Under the pieces are notes generated by a model that was not told where the DNA came from, did no database searches, and was given only the letters and a program-made list of their open reading frames with translations. The position numbers and the translations under genes were made by a program. Below, in pieces: positions 29,180 to 41,115 of a DNA stretch of 64,000 nucleotides (position 1 is its first letter; each line of letters begins with the position of its first letter). The DNA comes from an uncultured Candidatus Rokubacteria bacterium (lineage in GTDB: Bacteria; Methylomirabilota; Methylomirabilia; Rokubacteriales; DASRDR01), in the NCBI GenBank assembly GCA_963805625.1, contig CAWDVE010000010.1:1280001-1344000 (forward strand), given 5' to 3'.

Positions 29180-30190
29180 ATGGGACGCGTACGCGGGGCT
29201 TCGTGGGGGGGGATCGGAGCGCTGCTCGTCGTCGCCCTGCTCCTGCCCTTCCCGCTGAGCGGCTTCCGCCTGTTCCAGTTCACCCAGGTGTGCGTGTACG
29301 CCATGGTCCTCCTCGGTCTCAATCTCCTGACCGGCTATAACGGTCAAATCTCCCTCGGGCACGGTGCCTTCTACGCTCTGGGGGCGTACACGACGGCCAT
29401 CATGATCGACCGCTGGGGCGTGGCCTACGGCTGGACGATCCCCGCCGCCGGCCTGGTGTGTTTCGTGGTGGGCTTCCTCTTCGGGATCCCGGCGCTCCGC
29501 CTCGAGGGGCTCCACCTCGCGCTGGCCACCTTCGCCCTCGCCCTCGCCGTGCCCCAGATCCTGAAGTACTTCGACTCCTGGACGGGTGGGTCCCAGGGCA
29601 TCGTGCTCTCGAAGCCCAAGGCGCCGTGGGGGCTGCCGCTGTCGAGGGACCAGTGGCTCTACTACCTCGCCCTGTCCGTCCTCATGCTCCTTTTGGTGCT
29701 GACGTGGAACCTCCTCCGGAGTCGGCCCGGACGCGCCATCGTCGCGATCAGGGACAACCCGATCGCCGCCCGGGCGATGGGTATCGACACCGCCCTCTAC
29801 AAGTCGCTGACGTTCGGGGTCAGCGCTTGCTACACTGGCGTGGCTGGCTCACTCGGGGGGCTCGCGGTAGCCTTCGTGGCGCCAGATTCGTTCAACGTGT
29901 TTCTCTCGATCACGTTCCTCGTCGGCATCGTGATTGGCGGGCTCGCCTCCGTCCCGGGGGCGATCTTCGGCGCGCTGTTCATCCAGTTCGTGCCCAACTA
30001 CGCCCAGGAAATTTCCAAGGCCGCGCCCTGGGCCATCTACGGCGTCTTCCTGATCGCGTTCATGTACGTCATGCCGGACGGGGTCGCCGGCTTTCTCCGA
30101 CGGGTCGCTCGCCGGCTCGGCGGGCGACCCGGTCCGGTCCATCCCGCAGCGTCCGCCACACCCAGAGGAGGGCAACATGCACAGGCATAG
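29180..30190 (+). CDS. livM: Liv-type ABC transporter permease
   Basis: GQISLGHGAF, LRLEGLHLALAT, AIRDN. Confidence 0.88.
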   Translation: MGRVRGASWGGIGALLVVALLLPFPLSGFRLFQFTQVCVYAMVLLGLNLLTGYNGQISLGHGAFYALGAYTTAIMIDRWGVAYGWTIPAAGLVCFVVGFLFGIPALRLEGLHLALATFALALAVPQILKYFDSWTGGSQGIVLSKPKAPWGLPLSRDQWLYYLALSVLMLLLVLTWNLLRSRPGRAIVAIRDNPIAARAMGIDTALYKSLTFGVSACYTGVAGSLGGLAVAFVAPDSFNVFLSITFLVGIVIGGLASVPGAIFGALFIQFVPNYAQEISKAAPWAIYGVFLIAFMYVMPDGVAGFLRRVARRLGGRPGPVHPAASATPRGGQHAQA

Positions 30191-31388
30191 GAGCGTTCTC
30201 GCCCTGATCTTGGTCGTCGCACTCGGCTTCGTCGCCGGCCCGGCCTTCGCGGCCGACCCCGGCGTGACGGCCACCGAGATCAAGCTCGGCAACACCAACC
30301 CCTACAGCGGGCCTGCCTCCGCATACGGGACCATCGGCAAGGCCATCGGCGCCTACTTCAAGAAGGTCAACGAGGAGGGCGGCATCAACGGCCGCAAGAT
30401 CAACTTCGTCACCCTCGACGACGGCTATAGCCCGCCCAAGGCCGTCGAGATGGTCCGGAAGCTCGTCGAGCAGGACCAGGTGCTCCTCCTCTTCCAGACC
30501 CTCGGCACGCCGTCGAACAGCGCCATCTGGAAGTACATGAACGATGAGCAGGTGCCGCAGCTCTTCGTGGCCACCGGCGCCACGAAGTGGGGCGACCCAA
30601 AGGGGCACCCGTGGACGATGGGCTGGCAGCCCACCTACCAGGCCGAGGGGCACATCTACGCCCAGTACGTGCTCAAGAACGTTCCGGACGCCAAGATCGG
30701 AATCCTCTTCCAGAACGACGACTACGGGAAGGACTACCTCAAGGGATTCAAGGATAGCCTCGGCGACGCCGCCAAGAAGGCGATCGTGCTCGAGCAGTCG
30801 TACGAGGTCACGGACCCCACCGTCGACTCCCAGATCGTCAACCTCAAAAACAGCGGCGCCAACGTGTTCTTCAACGTCACGACGCCGAAGTTCGCGGCCC
30901 AGGCGATCAAGAAGGCGGCGGACATCGGCTGGAAGCCGATCCACCTCTTGAACAACGTGTCTGCCTCGGTGGGCGCGGTGCTCAAGCCGGCCGGCCTGGA
31001 CGCGTCGAAGGGTCTGATCACGGCCCAGTACCTGAAGGACCCGACGGATCCCCAGTGGAAGAACGACCAGGGCTTCAAGGACTGGGTCGTCTTCATGGAC
31101 AAGTACTACCCCGACGGGAACAAGACGGACGCCTTCAACGTCTACGGCTACTCGGTCGCCCAGACGATGACCCAGGTGCTCAAGCAGGCTGGCAACGACC
31201 TCTCGCGAGCCAACGTCATGAAGCAGGCGGCGAGCCTCAAGGACTTCGTGGTCCCGATGCTCTTGCCGGGCATCAAGATCAACACGAGCCCGACGGACTT
31301 CTACCCGATCGAGCAGGAGCAGCTTGCCCGCTTCGACGGGGAGCGCTGGGTTCTCTTCGGCGAGATCTTCGACGCCTCGAAGAAGTAG
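30177..31388 (+). CDS. ABC transporter substrate-binding protein (Liv superfamily, aromatic/fatty-acid-binding subtype)
   Basis: PYSGPASAYG, DDGYSPPK, QNDDYGKD, INTSPTDFYPIEQ. Confidence 0.85.
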   Translation: MHRHRSVLALILVVALGFVAGPAFAADPGVTATEIKLGNTNPYSGPASAYGTIGKAIGAYFKKVNEEGGINGRKINFVTLDDGYSPPKAVEMVRKLVEQDQVLLLFQTLGTPSNSAIWKYMNDEQVPQLFVATGATKWGDPKGHPWTMGWQPTYQAEGHIYAQYVLKNVPDAKIGILFQNDDYGKDYLKGFKDSLGDAAKKAIVLEQSYEVTDPTVDSQIVNLKNSGANVFFNVTTPKFAAQAIKKAADIGWKPIHLLNNVSASVGAVLKPAGLDASKGLITAQYLKDPTDPQWKNDQGFKDWVVFMDKYYPDGNKTDAFNVYGYSVAQTMTQVLKQAGNDLSRANVMKQAASLKDFVVPMLLPGIKINTSPTDFYPIEQEQLARFDGERWVLFGEIFDASKK

Positions 31389-31410
31389 CGGCCCCTGCCG
31401 CGGCTGACGC

Positions 31411-31443
31411 GCGGCCCGTCGGGCTCGAGGCCCGGCGGGCCGC
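31411..31443 (+). terminator. GC-rich stem-loop after the Liv operon
   Basis: GCGGCCCGTCGGGC-TCGAG-GCCCGGCGGGCCGC, a 14-bp stem with a weak U-tract. Confidence 0.4.
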
Positions 31444-31751
31444 CGGCTTCTGGATCACGGCCACCCGGGGAACCGGCAGAGCACCGCGGGGACGTGGCTG
31501 CGGACCCTGTGTGGATTATGGGCAGCGGGGTCTGCTTCTTCGAGCGGAAGACCACTGGGCCAACGCCCGTCGTAGCCGTCGCCTGGCGAGGCGACTCTCG
31601 GAGACGCCAGAGGGATGCTGCGTCCGCCGATCAGGCCTGCCCCTTGCACATAGAACGTTGTCGCCCCGGAGCTGCCGAAGGGGAAGCGCGACACGCCGAC
31701 CTCGTGGCTGGCGGGCTCACGCGAGTGCGGTGCTACAATTTTCGTATTGGC

Positions 31752-32528
31752 ATGTATTCCTCGCGCACGGTCGAGACCCTGGCGGCTCGGCTCGAGGCAG
31801 CCCCGGTCCTCGTCCTGCTGCTCGACTACGACGGTACGCTGGTCCCGTTCGCGCCGACGCCGGATCTCGCCGAGCCCGACGACGAACTGATCGGCCTGCT
31901 CGGCAGCCTTGCCGCCCGGCCGGACACCGAGATCCACATCGTGAGCGGACGGCCCCGCGAGACGCTCGAGCGATGGCTCGGCGCCCTCCCGATCGGCCTT
32001 CACGCCGAGCACGGCTTCTTGTCCCGCCCTCCGGGCGCCACCGAGTGGGTGAGCGGGATGATTCCGCCCCAGGACTGGCGCCCGGCCGTGCTCGCCCTCA
32101 TGCGAGCGTTCGCGGCACGAACACCGGGGGCTCTTGTCGAGGAGAAGAGTACCGGACTCGCATGGCACTACCGCCTGGCGGACCCGGCGATCGGCCCGAG
32201 CCGGGCGCATGCCCTGACGCTCGAGCTGTCGATTCTCCTTGGCCGCCTGCCCGCCGAGATCCTGCCCGGGTCGAAGGTCATCGAGGTGGTGGCCCGAGGC
32301 GTCCACAAGGGCCGCCTCGTCCCCTCCGTCGTGGCCCGTGCCCCTGCGGGCGCGCTGGTCGTGGCCATCGGGGACGATCGCACCGACGAGGATCTGTTCG
32401 CGGCGCTGCCCCCGAGCGCGCTCGCGGTCCACGTCGGGCCTGAACCGACGACGGCCTCCATCCGTCTCGGCGGTGTCCGGGACGTCCGCGCCCTCCTCCG
32501 CACGGTCGTGGAAGCCCGGCCCAGCTAA
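31752..32528 (+). CDS. otsB: Trehalose-6-phosphate phosphatase
   Basis: LDYDGTL, SGR, AEHG, WHYR, KVIEV, HKG, GDDRTDED. TGCTACAAT extended -10 at 31731-31739. Confidence 0.88.
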   Translation: MYSSRTVETLAARLEAAPVLVLLLDYDGTLVPFAPTPDLAEPDDELIGLLGSLAARPDTEIHIVSGRPRETLERWLGALPIGLHAEHGFLSRPPGATEWVSGMIPPQDWRPAVLALMRAFAARTPGALVEEKSTGLAWHYRLADPAIGPSRAHALTLELSILLGRLPAEILPGSKVIEVVARGVHKGRLVPSVVARAPAGALVVAIGDDRTDEDLFAALPPSALAVHVGPEPTTASIRLGGVRDVRALLRTVVEARPS

Positions 32529-32614
32529 GCAGAGACGCGTTATTCTGGAGGTGAAGCGTGAGGGCGAGGGCCAGTACCCTCACCCTCACGCAAGACGACA
32601 CGAGGTGAGGCACC

Positions 32615-34606
32615 ATGGCATATCGGTCGCCGCGCGGCGACGTCCGCAGCGTCTGGATCGGTGACGTCCGGCCCGAGCTGGATGGCGGGCGATTTCCCGT
32701 CAAGCGCGAGGTCGGCGACACGTTCGAGGTGACCGCGGACATCCTGCAGGAGGGCCACAGTGGCCTGGCCGCCGTGCTCCGCTACCGGACCGTGAAGGAC
32801 ACGGCGTGGCACGAGGCGCGCATGGAGCCCCTCGGAAACGACCGCTGGGCCGGCCGGTTCCTTCTGGAGGAGAACACGCGGTACGTCTACACGCTCGAGG
32901 CGTGGCCGGACGCCTACCGGACCTGGGCCGATGACCTCCGGAAGCGCCTGGGGGCCGGCATGGACGTCTCGAGCGAGCTCCTCGAAGGCGCGGCCCTCCT
33001 GCGGGGCGCCCTCGCGCGCGTCGTGGGAGCCGACCGCCGGCGGCTGGAGGCGCGTCTCGGCGACTTCGAGGCGACGAGCGACACCGACCGCCGGGCGCGA
33101 CTCCTCCTCAACGAGGAGGTCACCGAGGTCCTCGACATCTATCCGGATCGAGCCGCGGCGACGCGGTATGACCGGGAGCTCGAGGTGGTCGTGGACCGCC
33201 CTCTGGCCCGGTTCGCCGCATGGTACGAGTTGTTCCCGCGATCCCAGGGCCGGGTACCGGGCCGACCCGGCACGCTCCGCGACTGCATCGAGCGGCTGCC
33301 GGAGATCGCGGACATGGGCTTCGACGTGGTCTACCTGCCGCCGATCCATCCGATCGGGCGGAGCTTCCGGAAGGGACGAAACAACGCGCTCGAGGCGGGC
33401 CCCGACGACCCGGGCTCCCCGTGGGCCATCGGCAACGAGCACGGGGGGCACAAGGCGATCGATCCCACCCTGGGGACGCTGGCAGACTTCCGAGCGTTCC
33501 TTCGAGCCGCCCGAGACCACGGGCTCGAGATCGCGCTGGACTACGCGCTCCAGTGCTCGCCGGACCATCCCTGGGTGACCGAGCACCCCGAGTGGTTTCA
33601 CCATCGGCCGGACGGGACGATCAAGTACGCCGAGAACCCGCCGAAGAAGTACCAGGACATCTACCCCTTGAACTTCTTCGGCCGGGAGCGCGAGGCGCTC
33701 TGGGAGGAGGCGAAGGGCATCCTCCTCTTCTGGATCGAGCAGGGGGTGCGGATCTTCCGCGTGGACAATCCCCACACAAAGCCGATCGCGCTATGGTCCT
33801 GGCTGATCGCGGAGATCCAGGCCGTCCACCCTGACGTGATCTTCCTCGCCGAGGCCTTCACGCGCCCGCGGGTCGTGCAGAGTCTCGCGAAGGTCGGCTT
33901 CACCCAGTCCTACACGTACTTCACGTGGCGGAACTTCAAACAGGATCTGATCGACTACCTCACCGAGCTGACGCGCGGAGAGATGGCGGAATACTTCCGG
34001 GGAAACTTCTTCGCGAACACGCCGGACATCCTTCCCCCCATCCTGCAGCAGGGCGGGCCGCCGGCCTTCCGGATGCGCCTCGCGCTCGCGGCGACCCTCT
34101 CCTCGCTCTACGGGATCTACAGCGGCTACGAGCTCTGCGAGAACGCCGCCATCCCCGGCACCGAGGAGTACCTCGATTCCGAGAAGTACGAGATCCGGGT
34201 CCGGGACTGGAACGCGCCAGGGAACATCCGCGCGTACGTCGCGCGGCTCAACCGGATCCGCCGGGAGAACCGGGCACTCCACGAGTACCGGAACCTCGTT
34301 TTCTACGAGAGCGACGACGAGCACGTCCTCTGCTACGGGAAGCGCAGCGCGGACGGGACTAACGCAGTCCTCGTGGCGGTGAACCTCGACCCGTTCGCGC
34401 CGCACGAAGCGGGGGTGCGCGTGCCCCTCGAGACCCTGGGGATCGCGGCGGACGAGCCCTTTCAGGCCCACGAGATGCTCTCGGACGAGCGGCACCTCTG
34501 GAGGGGGCCGACGCAGCACGTCCGCCTCGACCCCATGATGGAGCCCGCGGCGATCCTCCGCCTCGAGCGCTTCGGACAGCGTGCCTACGGGACGCCGTGC
34601 TACTGA
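32615..34606 (+). CDS. glgE: Alpha-1,4-glucan:maltose-1-phosphate maltosyltransferase
   Basis: WYELFPRS, YLPPIHPIG, RKGRNN, YAENPPKKYQDIYP, FRVDNPHTKP, SEKYE. Confidence 0.95.
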   Translation: MAYRSPRGDVRSVWIGDVRPELDGGRFPVKREVGDTFEVTADILQEGHSGLAAVLRYRTVKDTAWHEARMEPLGNDRWAGRFLLEENTRYVYTLEAWPDAYRTWADDLRKRLGAGMDVSSELLEGAALLRGALARVVGADRRRLEARLGDFEATSDTDRRARLLLNEEVTEVLDIYPDRAAATRYDRELEVVVDRPLARFAAWYELFPRSQGRVPGRPGTLRDCIERLPEIADMGFDVVYLPPIHPIGRSFRKGRNNALEAGPDDPGSPWAIGNEHGGHKAIDPTLGTLADFRAFLRAARDHGLEIALDYALQCSPDHPWVTEHPEWFHHRPDGTIKYAENPPKKYQDIYPLNFFGREREALWEEAKGILLFWIEQGVRIFRVDNPHTKPIALWSWLIAEIQAVHPDVIFLAEAFTRPRVVQSLAKVGFTQSYTYFTWRNFKQDLIDYLTELTRGEMAEYFRGNFFANTPDILPPILQQGGPPAFRMRLALAATLSSLYGIYSGYELCENAAIPGTEEYLDSEKYEIRVRDWNAPGNIRAYVARLNRIRRENRALHEYRNLVFYESDDEHVLCYGKRSADGTNAVLVAVNLDPFAPHEAGVRVPLETLGIAADEPFQAHEMLSDERHLWRGPTQHVRLDPMMEPAAILRLERFGQRAYGTPCY

Positions 34607-34663
34607 GACTCGGCGGACAAGCCGCTCCACCCGCCCTACCCCCGCACCCGGAGGGCACCGACC

Positions 34664-36334
<1,671 letters not shown>

Positions 36335-36404
36335 GCGCGACCGAAACCCCTCCGCCGCAGGCCGAGGACCGCTCATCCGATGGGAGAGTGGCGGGAGGAT
36401 CCGC

Positions 36405-37631
36405 GTGAAGGTCCTCCTGCTCACCCGTGAGTATCCGCCCGATGTCTACGGGGGCGCCGGCGTGCACGTCGAGCACCTCGCCCGGGAGCTGGCAAGACTT
36501 GCGGCCGTCGAGGTGCGAACCTTCGGCCGCCAGCACGTCGAGGCCGGGAGCCTCGTGGTGCAGGGCCACGGGGCGGCGGCGGAGACGATCGACCCTCCCG
36601 AGGGCGCGTACTCGTTCGCGCCGGTCATCCGGGCCCTCCGCGTCTGCCTCAGTCTCGGTGTCCGGCCGACGGACGCCGACGTCGTCCACTCCCACACCTG
36701 GTACGCCGCGTTCGGCGGTCTCCTGGCCCGGCTCATCCACGGCATCCCGCTGGTCGTAACCGCTCACTCGATCGAGCCGCTCCGCCCGTGGAAGCGCGAG
36801 CAGCTCGGCCGGGGTGCCGACGTCTCGGCGTGGGCCGAGCGCGCCGCCCTCGAGGCCGCGGACGCGGTCATCGCCGTCTCGACGGAGATGCGACGGGACC
36901 TTCTCCGCCACTACACGATCGCACCCGAGCGGGTACACGTCATCCCGAACGGAGTCGACACCGATACCTACCGCCCGGCGCCCGGCCGGGCGCGCATCGA
37001 GCGGTTCGGGATCGACCCGACCCGCCCCTACGTTCTCTTCGTGGGACGGATCTCCCGGCAGAAGGGTCTCTTCCACCTGATCCAGGCCATCCCCGACCTC
37101 AGCCCCGGGGTCCAGGTCGTTCTGTGCGCCGGGGCACCCGATACGCCCGAAATTGCGCGAGAGGTCGAGGCCGCCGTGGCGCGAGTCCAGGCGCAACGGT
37201 CGGGGGTCGTGTGGATCCCCGAAATGGTCGACCGGGCCACGGCCGTGGAGCTTTACTCGCACGCGGCCGTCTTCTGCTGCCCGTCGGTGTACGAGCCGTT
37301 CGGCCTGATCAACCTCGAGGCGATGGCCTGCGAGATCGCGGTGGTCGCGACCACGGTCGGCGGCATTCCGGAGGTCGTGGTCGACGGAGAGACCGGCTGC
37401 CTCATCCCCGTCGATCTGGTCGACCACGACGGCGTCGTCGAGCCGCGGGATCCCGAGAGCTTCGCGTGGAACCTGGCGCAGGCCCTCAACGCTCTCCTCG
37501 CGGATCCCGCGCTGCGCCGGACCATGGGGGTCAAGGGACGCCAGCGGGCCGAGGCATTCTTCAGCTGGGCGGCCGTGGCCCGCCGCACGCTTGCGCTCTA
37601 CCGGACTCTCGTGGAGGCGCATGAGCGCTAG
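36405..37631 (+). CDS. glgA: GT4 glycosyltransferase, actinobacterial-type GlgA/GlgM (maltose-1-phosphate synthase-like)
   Basis: TREYPPDVYGGAGVHVE, HSHTWY, EPLRPWKREQLG, GRISRQKG, YEPFGLINLEAMAC. Confidence 0.88.
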   Translation: MKVLLLTREYPPDVYGGAGVHVEHLARELARLAAVEVRTFGRQHVEAGSLVVQGHGAAAETIDPPEGAYSFAPVIRALRVCLSLGVRPTDADVVHSHTWYAAFGGLLARLIHGIPLVVTAHSIEPLRPWKREQLGRGADVSAWAERAALEAADAVIAVSTEMRRDLLRHYTIAPERVHVIPNGVDTDTYRPAPGRARIERFGIDPTRPYVLFVGRISRQKGLFHLIQAIPDLSPGVQVVLCAGAPDTPEIAREVEAAVARVQAQRSGVVWIPEMVDRATAVELYSHAAVFCCPSVYEPFGLINLEAMACEIAVVATTVGGIPEVVVDGETGCLIPVDLVDHDGVVEPRDPESFAWNLAQALNALLADPALRRTMGVKGRQRAEAFFSWAAVARRTLALYRTLVEAHER

Positions 37632-39861
37632 GCGCCGGGCCGAAGGCGCCCCGGCTCCGGCCCGGAATCCCGAGCCGCCGCCCCCCCCGGCGCTCACGGC
37701 CCGCGCGGGCGCCGCGCTGGGTGAGACCCTGGGCGGCCGACGATGGTTCGGCAGCAAGAACCGGGATGTGTCCGAAGTCGTCCCGGTGGACCACGCGGCA
37801 GTGCCGGGAACGGCCGGGCTTCTCGCCCTGTTCGACGTGGTCTTCGCTGATCAGGGGCGGGAGCGCTATTGCATTCCCGTCGCGCCACCGAGCATCGACC
37901 AGGAGCCGTTCGTCGACGCGATGGCCGAGCCGGCATTCTGCATGGCCTTGCTGGAGGCGATCCGGAATGGCGCGACGCTCGCGGGCGCGCGCGGCGCGTT
38001 CCGGTGCGTGGCGACGGCCGTGCTGGCCGAGATCCTGCCGGCGGCGCCGCACGAGGCGCGTCCGATCGGGAGCGAGCAGAGCAACACGTCGGTCGTCTAC
38101 GACCGCCGGGCGATCCTGAAGCTCTTCCGGCGGCTCGAAGCCGGACCGAGCCCCGAGCTCGAGCTCACGGACTTCCTCACGCGAGAGGCGACGTTTCCCG
38201 GTGCCCCCCGGCTCGCCGGCGCGGTCACCTACCAGGCCGACGGCGAGGACCCGGTCACGCTGGCCGTGCTGCACGAGTTCGTTCCGAACCAGGGCGACGC
38301 CTGGACGGCCACCCTCGAGCGGCTCGCCGAGTACTACGCGGCCGCGATCGAGGGACGCGGGGAGGAGTCGCCGGACCCCGTCTTCGCCCGTGCCCTGGCA
38401 GCGGCGGACGCGCACGAGGCCGCGCGACTCGGCACGCTCACCGGTCGCCTGCACCGGGCGCTGGCCGCGGCCCCGCCCAGCCACCCCCTGGCGCCCGAGC
38501 CGATCACGACGGGAGACGTGGCCGTCTGGGGGAAAGCGATGCTGGCGCAGCTCAGCCGCGCCGGCGAGGCGCTCGCCGCCGGGCTCCCGGACCTCCCGCC
38601 GGCGCTCCGCGAGAGCGCGGAGCGCGTCGTCGCTGACATCGCCCGTCTAGGCGACGAGCTTCGCGCACAGGACGCCCTCGCGGCCGGAGGTGTCGTGAAG
38701 GTCCGTGTCCACGGCGACTACCACCTCGGGCAGCTCCTGCGAACGGCCGACGGCTTCACCATCCTGGACTTCGAGGGCGAGCCGGCGCGAACCCTGGCAG
38801 AGCGTCGCGCCAAGCAGTGCGTCCTGAAGGACGTGGCCGGGATGCTCCGCTCGTTCGCGTACGCGGCGCAGATCGCCTTCGCTCGCCGCCTGGAGGCAAA
38901 CCCCCACGACGCCAGGCTAGCCGAGCGTCTCAGACCCTGGGCGGAGACGTGGGAGGACGGAGTGCGCACGGCCTTCCTGAACGCGTACCTCGGCGAGGTC
39001 ACGCGGCCCGGCGAGCCGCCGCTGGTACCGATCGAGCGGGAGCGCTTCGACCGGGCTCTGCGCGCCTACGAGCTCGACAAGGCGCTCTACGAGCTCGGCT
39101 ACGAGCTCGCCAACCGGCCGACGTGGGTCTCGGTTCCCCTCGTCGCCCTCGAGCGCGCGATCGCCAGGCTTCCCGGCCCGGCCGCGGGCCAGCTTCGCGT
39201 GGGCGAGGGCCCGTTCGCCTTCATGGCCTGCATGGAGTTAAGGGAGTTCACCGGCCTGCGGGCCGAGAACGAGCGGCAGCTGGCCCAGCTCCTCGACGAG
39301 GTCCCGCTCGACTCGATCTACTACCACACGCACGGCTTCTTGCTGCGCCATCGGCTCGTGACCGGTCTCTATCCCAACGACTTCGCGACGTGGGTAGACG
39401 TTCAGGTGCGGGATCGTGTCCTGGGGGAACGTCTGGCGATGGTCGACCCGGCCGACTTCACCACCCTCCAGGCCTTGCGGGAGGAGCTCGTGTCGGTGGT
39501 GGACGAGCACCTCCGCCGCATCGGCATCGTGCCCCAGGTCATGTCCGGGGAGCCCTTCGACTTCATCCAGTCACGGATCGTCGAGATCCCGACCGGGATC
39601 GAGGTGCGAACGCTCCAGGAGCTCCGGGACGTCCTGCTCGAGGTCGACCAGAGCGCGCTCTACTTCCACCTCGTCGAGACCCGGCTCCGGCTCGGCCGGG
39701 GGCGGAACGACTTCGCGGCATGGCTGGAGCGGGGCCTCGGGCTGCCCGAGCTGGCCGCCCGGGTCCAGGGGGTCAACCCGTACGCCGCCAGCCTCGAGCA
39801 GGCCCGGACCCGTCTCATCGCGCTCCTCGACGAGGCACTCTCCACGGGTGTGGGCCGATGA
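37621..39861 (+). CDS. mak: Maltokinase (Mak/Pep2) fused to a C-terminal DUF5752 (OrfY-like) domain
   Basis: EQSNTS, LKLFRR, HGDYHLGQ, DFEGEP, DVAGMLRSF, then duplicated SIYYH..NDFATW / SALYFH..NDFAAW repeats. Confidence 0.8.
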   Translation: MSARRRAEGAPAPARNPEPPPPPALTARAGAALGETLGGRRWFGSKNRDVSEVVPVDHAAVPGTAGLLALFDVVFADQGRERYCIPVAPPSIDQEPFVDAMAEPAFCMALLEAIRNGATLAGARGAFRCVATAVLAEILPAAPHEARPIGSEQSNTSVVYDRRAILKLFRRLEAGPSPELELTDFLTREATFPGAPRLAGAVTYQADGEDPVTLAVLHEFVPNQGDAWTATLERLAEYYAAAIEGRGEESPDPVFARALAAADAHEAARLGTLTGRLHRALAAAPPSHPLAPEPITTGDVAVWGKAMLAQLSRAGEALAAGLPDLPPALRESAERVVADIARLGDELRAQDALAAGGVVKVRVHGDYHLGQLLRTADGFTILDFEGEPARTLAERRAKQCVLKDVAGMLRSFAYAAQIAFARRLEANPHDARLAERLRPWAETWEDGVRTAFLNAYLGEVTRPGEPPLVPIERERFDRALRAYELDKALYELGYELANRPTWVSVPLVALERAIARLPGPAAGQLRVGEGPFAFMACMELREFTGLRAENERQLAQLLDEVPLDSIYYHTHGFLLRHRLVTGLYPNDFATWVDVQVRDRVLGERLAMVDPADFTTLQALREELVSVVDEHLRRIGIVPQVMSGEPFDFIQSRIVEIPTGIEVRTLQELRDVLLEVDQSALYFHLVETRLRLGRGRNDFAAWLERGLGLPELAARVQGVNPYAASLEQARTRLIALLDEALSTGVGR

Positions 39862-39897
39862 ACCCTCACAAGAGCTCCGCATGACGGGTCGGCACGC

Positions 39898-41100
39898 ATG
39901 AGCGGCCCGCGCCTGGAGGAGTACCGGGCCGTCGCGCCGCGGGGCGCGATCGAGCTCCTGCTGAAGCTCGCCGAGCGGCTGCAGGGCCGGCGCTTCGTCC
40001 ACGTCAACGCAAGCCGTTACGGCAGCGGGTCTTCGGAGATCCTAGCGCGGCTCGTGCCGTTGCTCCAGGATCTCGGCGTCGACGCCACTTGGGAGGTCAT
40101 CGTCGGGGATCCGGCGTTCTACGCGGCGACCCACGCGCTCGAGACGGCGCTCAGCGGCCAGCCGGCCGTCATCACCGAGGCCATGCTCGTCTCCTACGTC
40201 GAGGCCGCTGCGACCAACGCCGCGACGCTCCGGCTCGAGTCCGACCTCCTCATGGTCCACGACCTCCCGGCCTTGCCGCTCGTCCGCCACCGCCCCGAGC
40301 GGGGCCGCTGGGTCTGGCGCTGCTACGCCGACCTCTCCCGCGCGTGGCGACGCGCGTGGCACCTCGTGCGCCGCGACCTCGAGCGATACGACACCGTGGT
40401 GTACTCCATGCCGAAGTTCGCCCAGCGCGTCCGGGTCCCGATGCTCGTCGTTCATCCGTCGATCGATCCGCTCGGCGAGAAGAACCGGGAGCTCGGGCGA
40501 AGCGAGGTACGCGAAGTCCTGGACCGGTACAACATCGCCCGGGACAAGCCGCTCTTGCTCCAGGTCGCCGCCTATTCCCGCGCGACCGAGCCCACAAGGG
40601 CGTTGACCGCCTTCCGCCTCGCGCGAAAGTACGTGCCCTGCCGGCTCGTACTGGCCGGGTGGGGCGCGACGGACAACCCCGAGGGCAGTGCCGTCCTGGC
40701 CGAGCTGCGCGAGGCCGCCGGCACGGATCCGGACGTCCACGTGCTCGTGATGCCGCCCGACGCCGCCCGGGAGCTCAATGCGCTCCAGCGAGCCGCGACG
40801 GTGGTTCTCCACCTGCCACAGCGGGAGGGCTTCGGCCTGGCGGTAGCCGAGGCGATGTGGAAGGGCAAGCCGGTCGTCGGCAGCGCCGCGGGCGGGATCC
40901 CGGCCCAGGTCCTTTCGGAGGTGACGGGCTACACCGTGGGCTCCGTCGAGGGGGCGGCGTTCCGGATCCGGCAGCTACTGCAGAGCCCCGACCTCACCGC
41001 ACGCTTGGGTGGCGCCGCGCGGGAGTACGTCCGGCGGAACTTCCTGCTCCCGCGTCACCTCGGCGACTACCTCGCCCTCCTCGCCCAGATGACCGCGTAG
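39898..41100 (+). CDS. TreT-like GT4 glycosyltransferase with degenerate active-site motifs
   Basis: HVN..GSGSSEIL, WVWRC, PSIDPL..KNREL, NALQRAA, EGFGL..AEAMWKGKPV. Confidence 0.75.
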   Translation: MSGPRLEEYRAVAPRGAIELLLKLAERLQGRRFVHVNASRYGSGSSEILARLVPLLQDLGVDATWEVIVGDPAFYAATHALETALSGQPAVITEAMLVSYVEAAATNAATLRLESDLLMVHDLPALPLVRHRPERGRWVWRCYADLSRAWRRAWHLVRRDLERYDTVVYSMPKFAQRVRVPMLVVHPSIDPLGEKNRELGRSEVREVLDRYNIARDKPLLLQVAAYSRATEPTRALTAFRLARKYVPCRLVLAGWGATDNPEGSAVLAELREAAGTDPDVHVLVMPPDAARELNALQRAATVVLHLPQREGFGLAVAEAMWKGKPVVGSAAGGIPAQVLSEVTGYTVGSVEGAAFRIRQLLQSPDLTARLGGAAREYVRRNFLLPRHLGDYLALLAQMTA

Positions 41101-41115
41101 CGGGACGGAGCAAGC

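Noticed and set aside
31494-31751. Upstream extension of otsB, or an otsA remnant
   Set aside because: No GT20 motifs are visible, and the extended -10 at 31731-31739 supports the ATG at 31752
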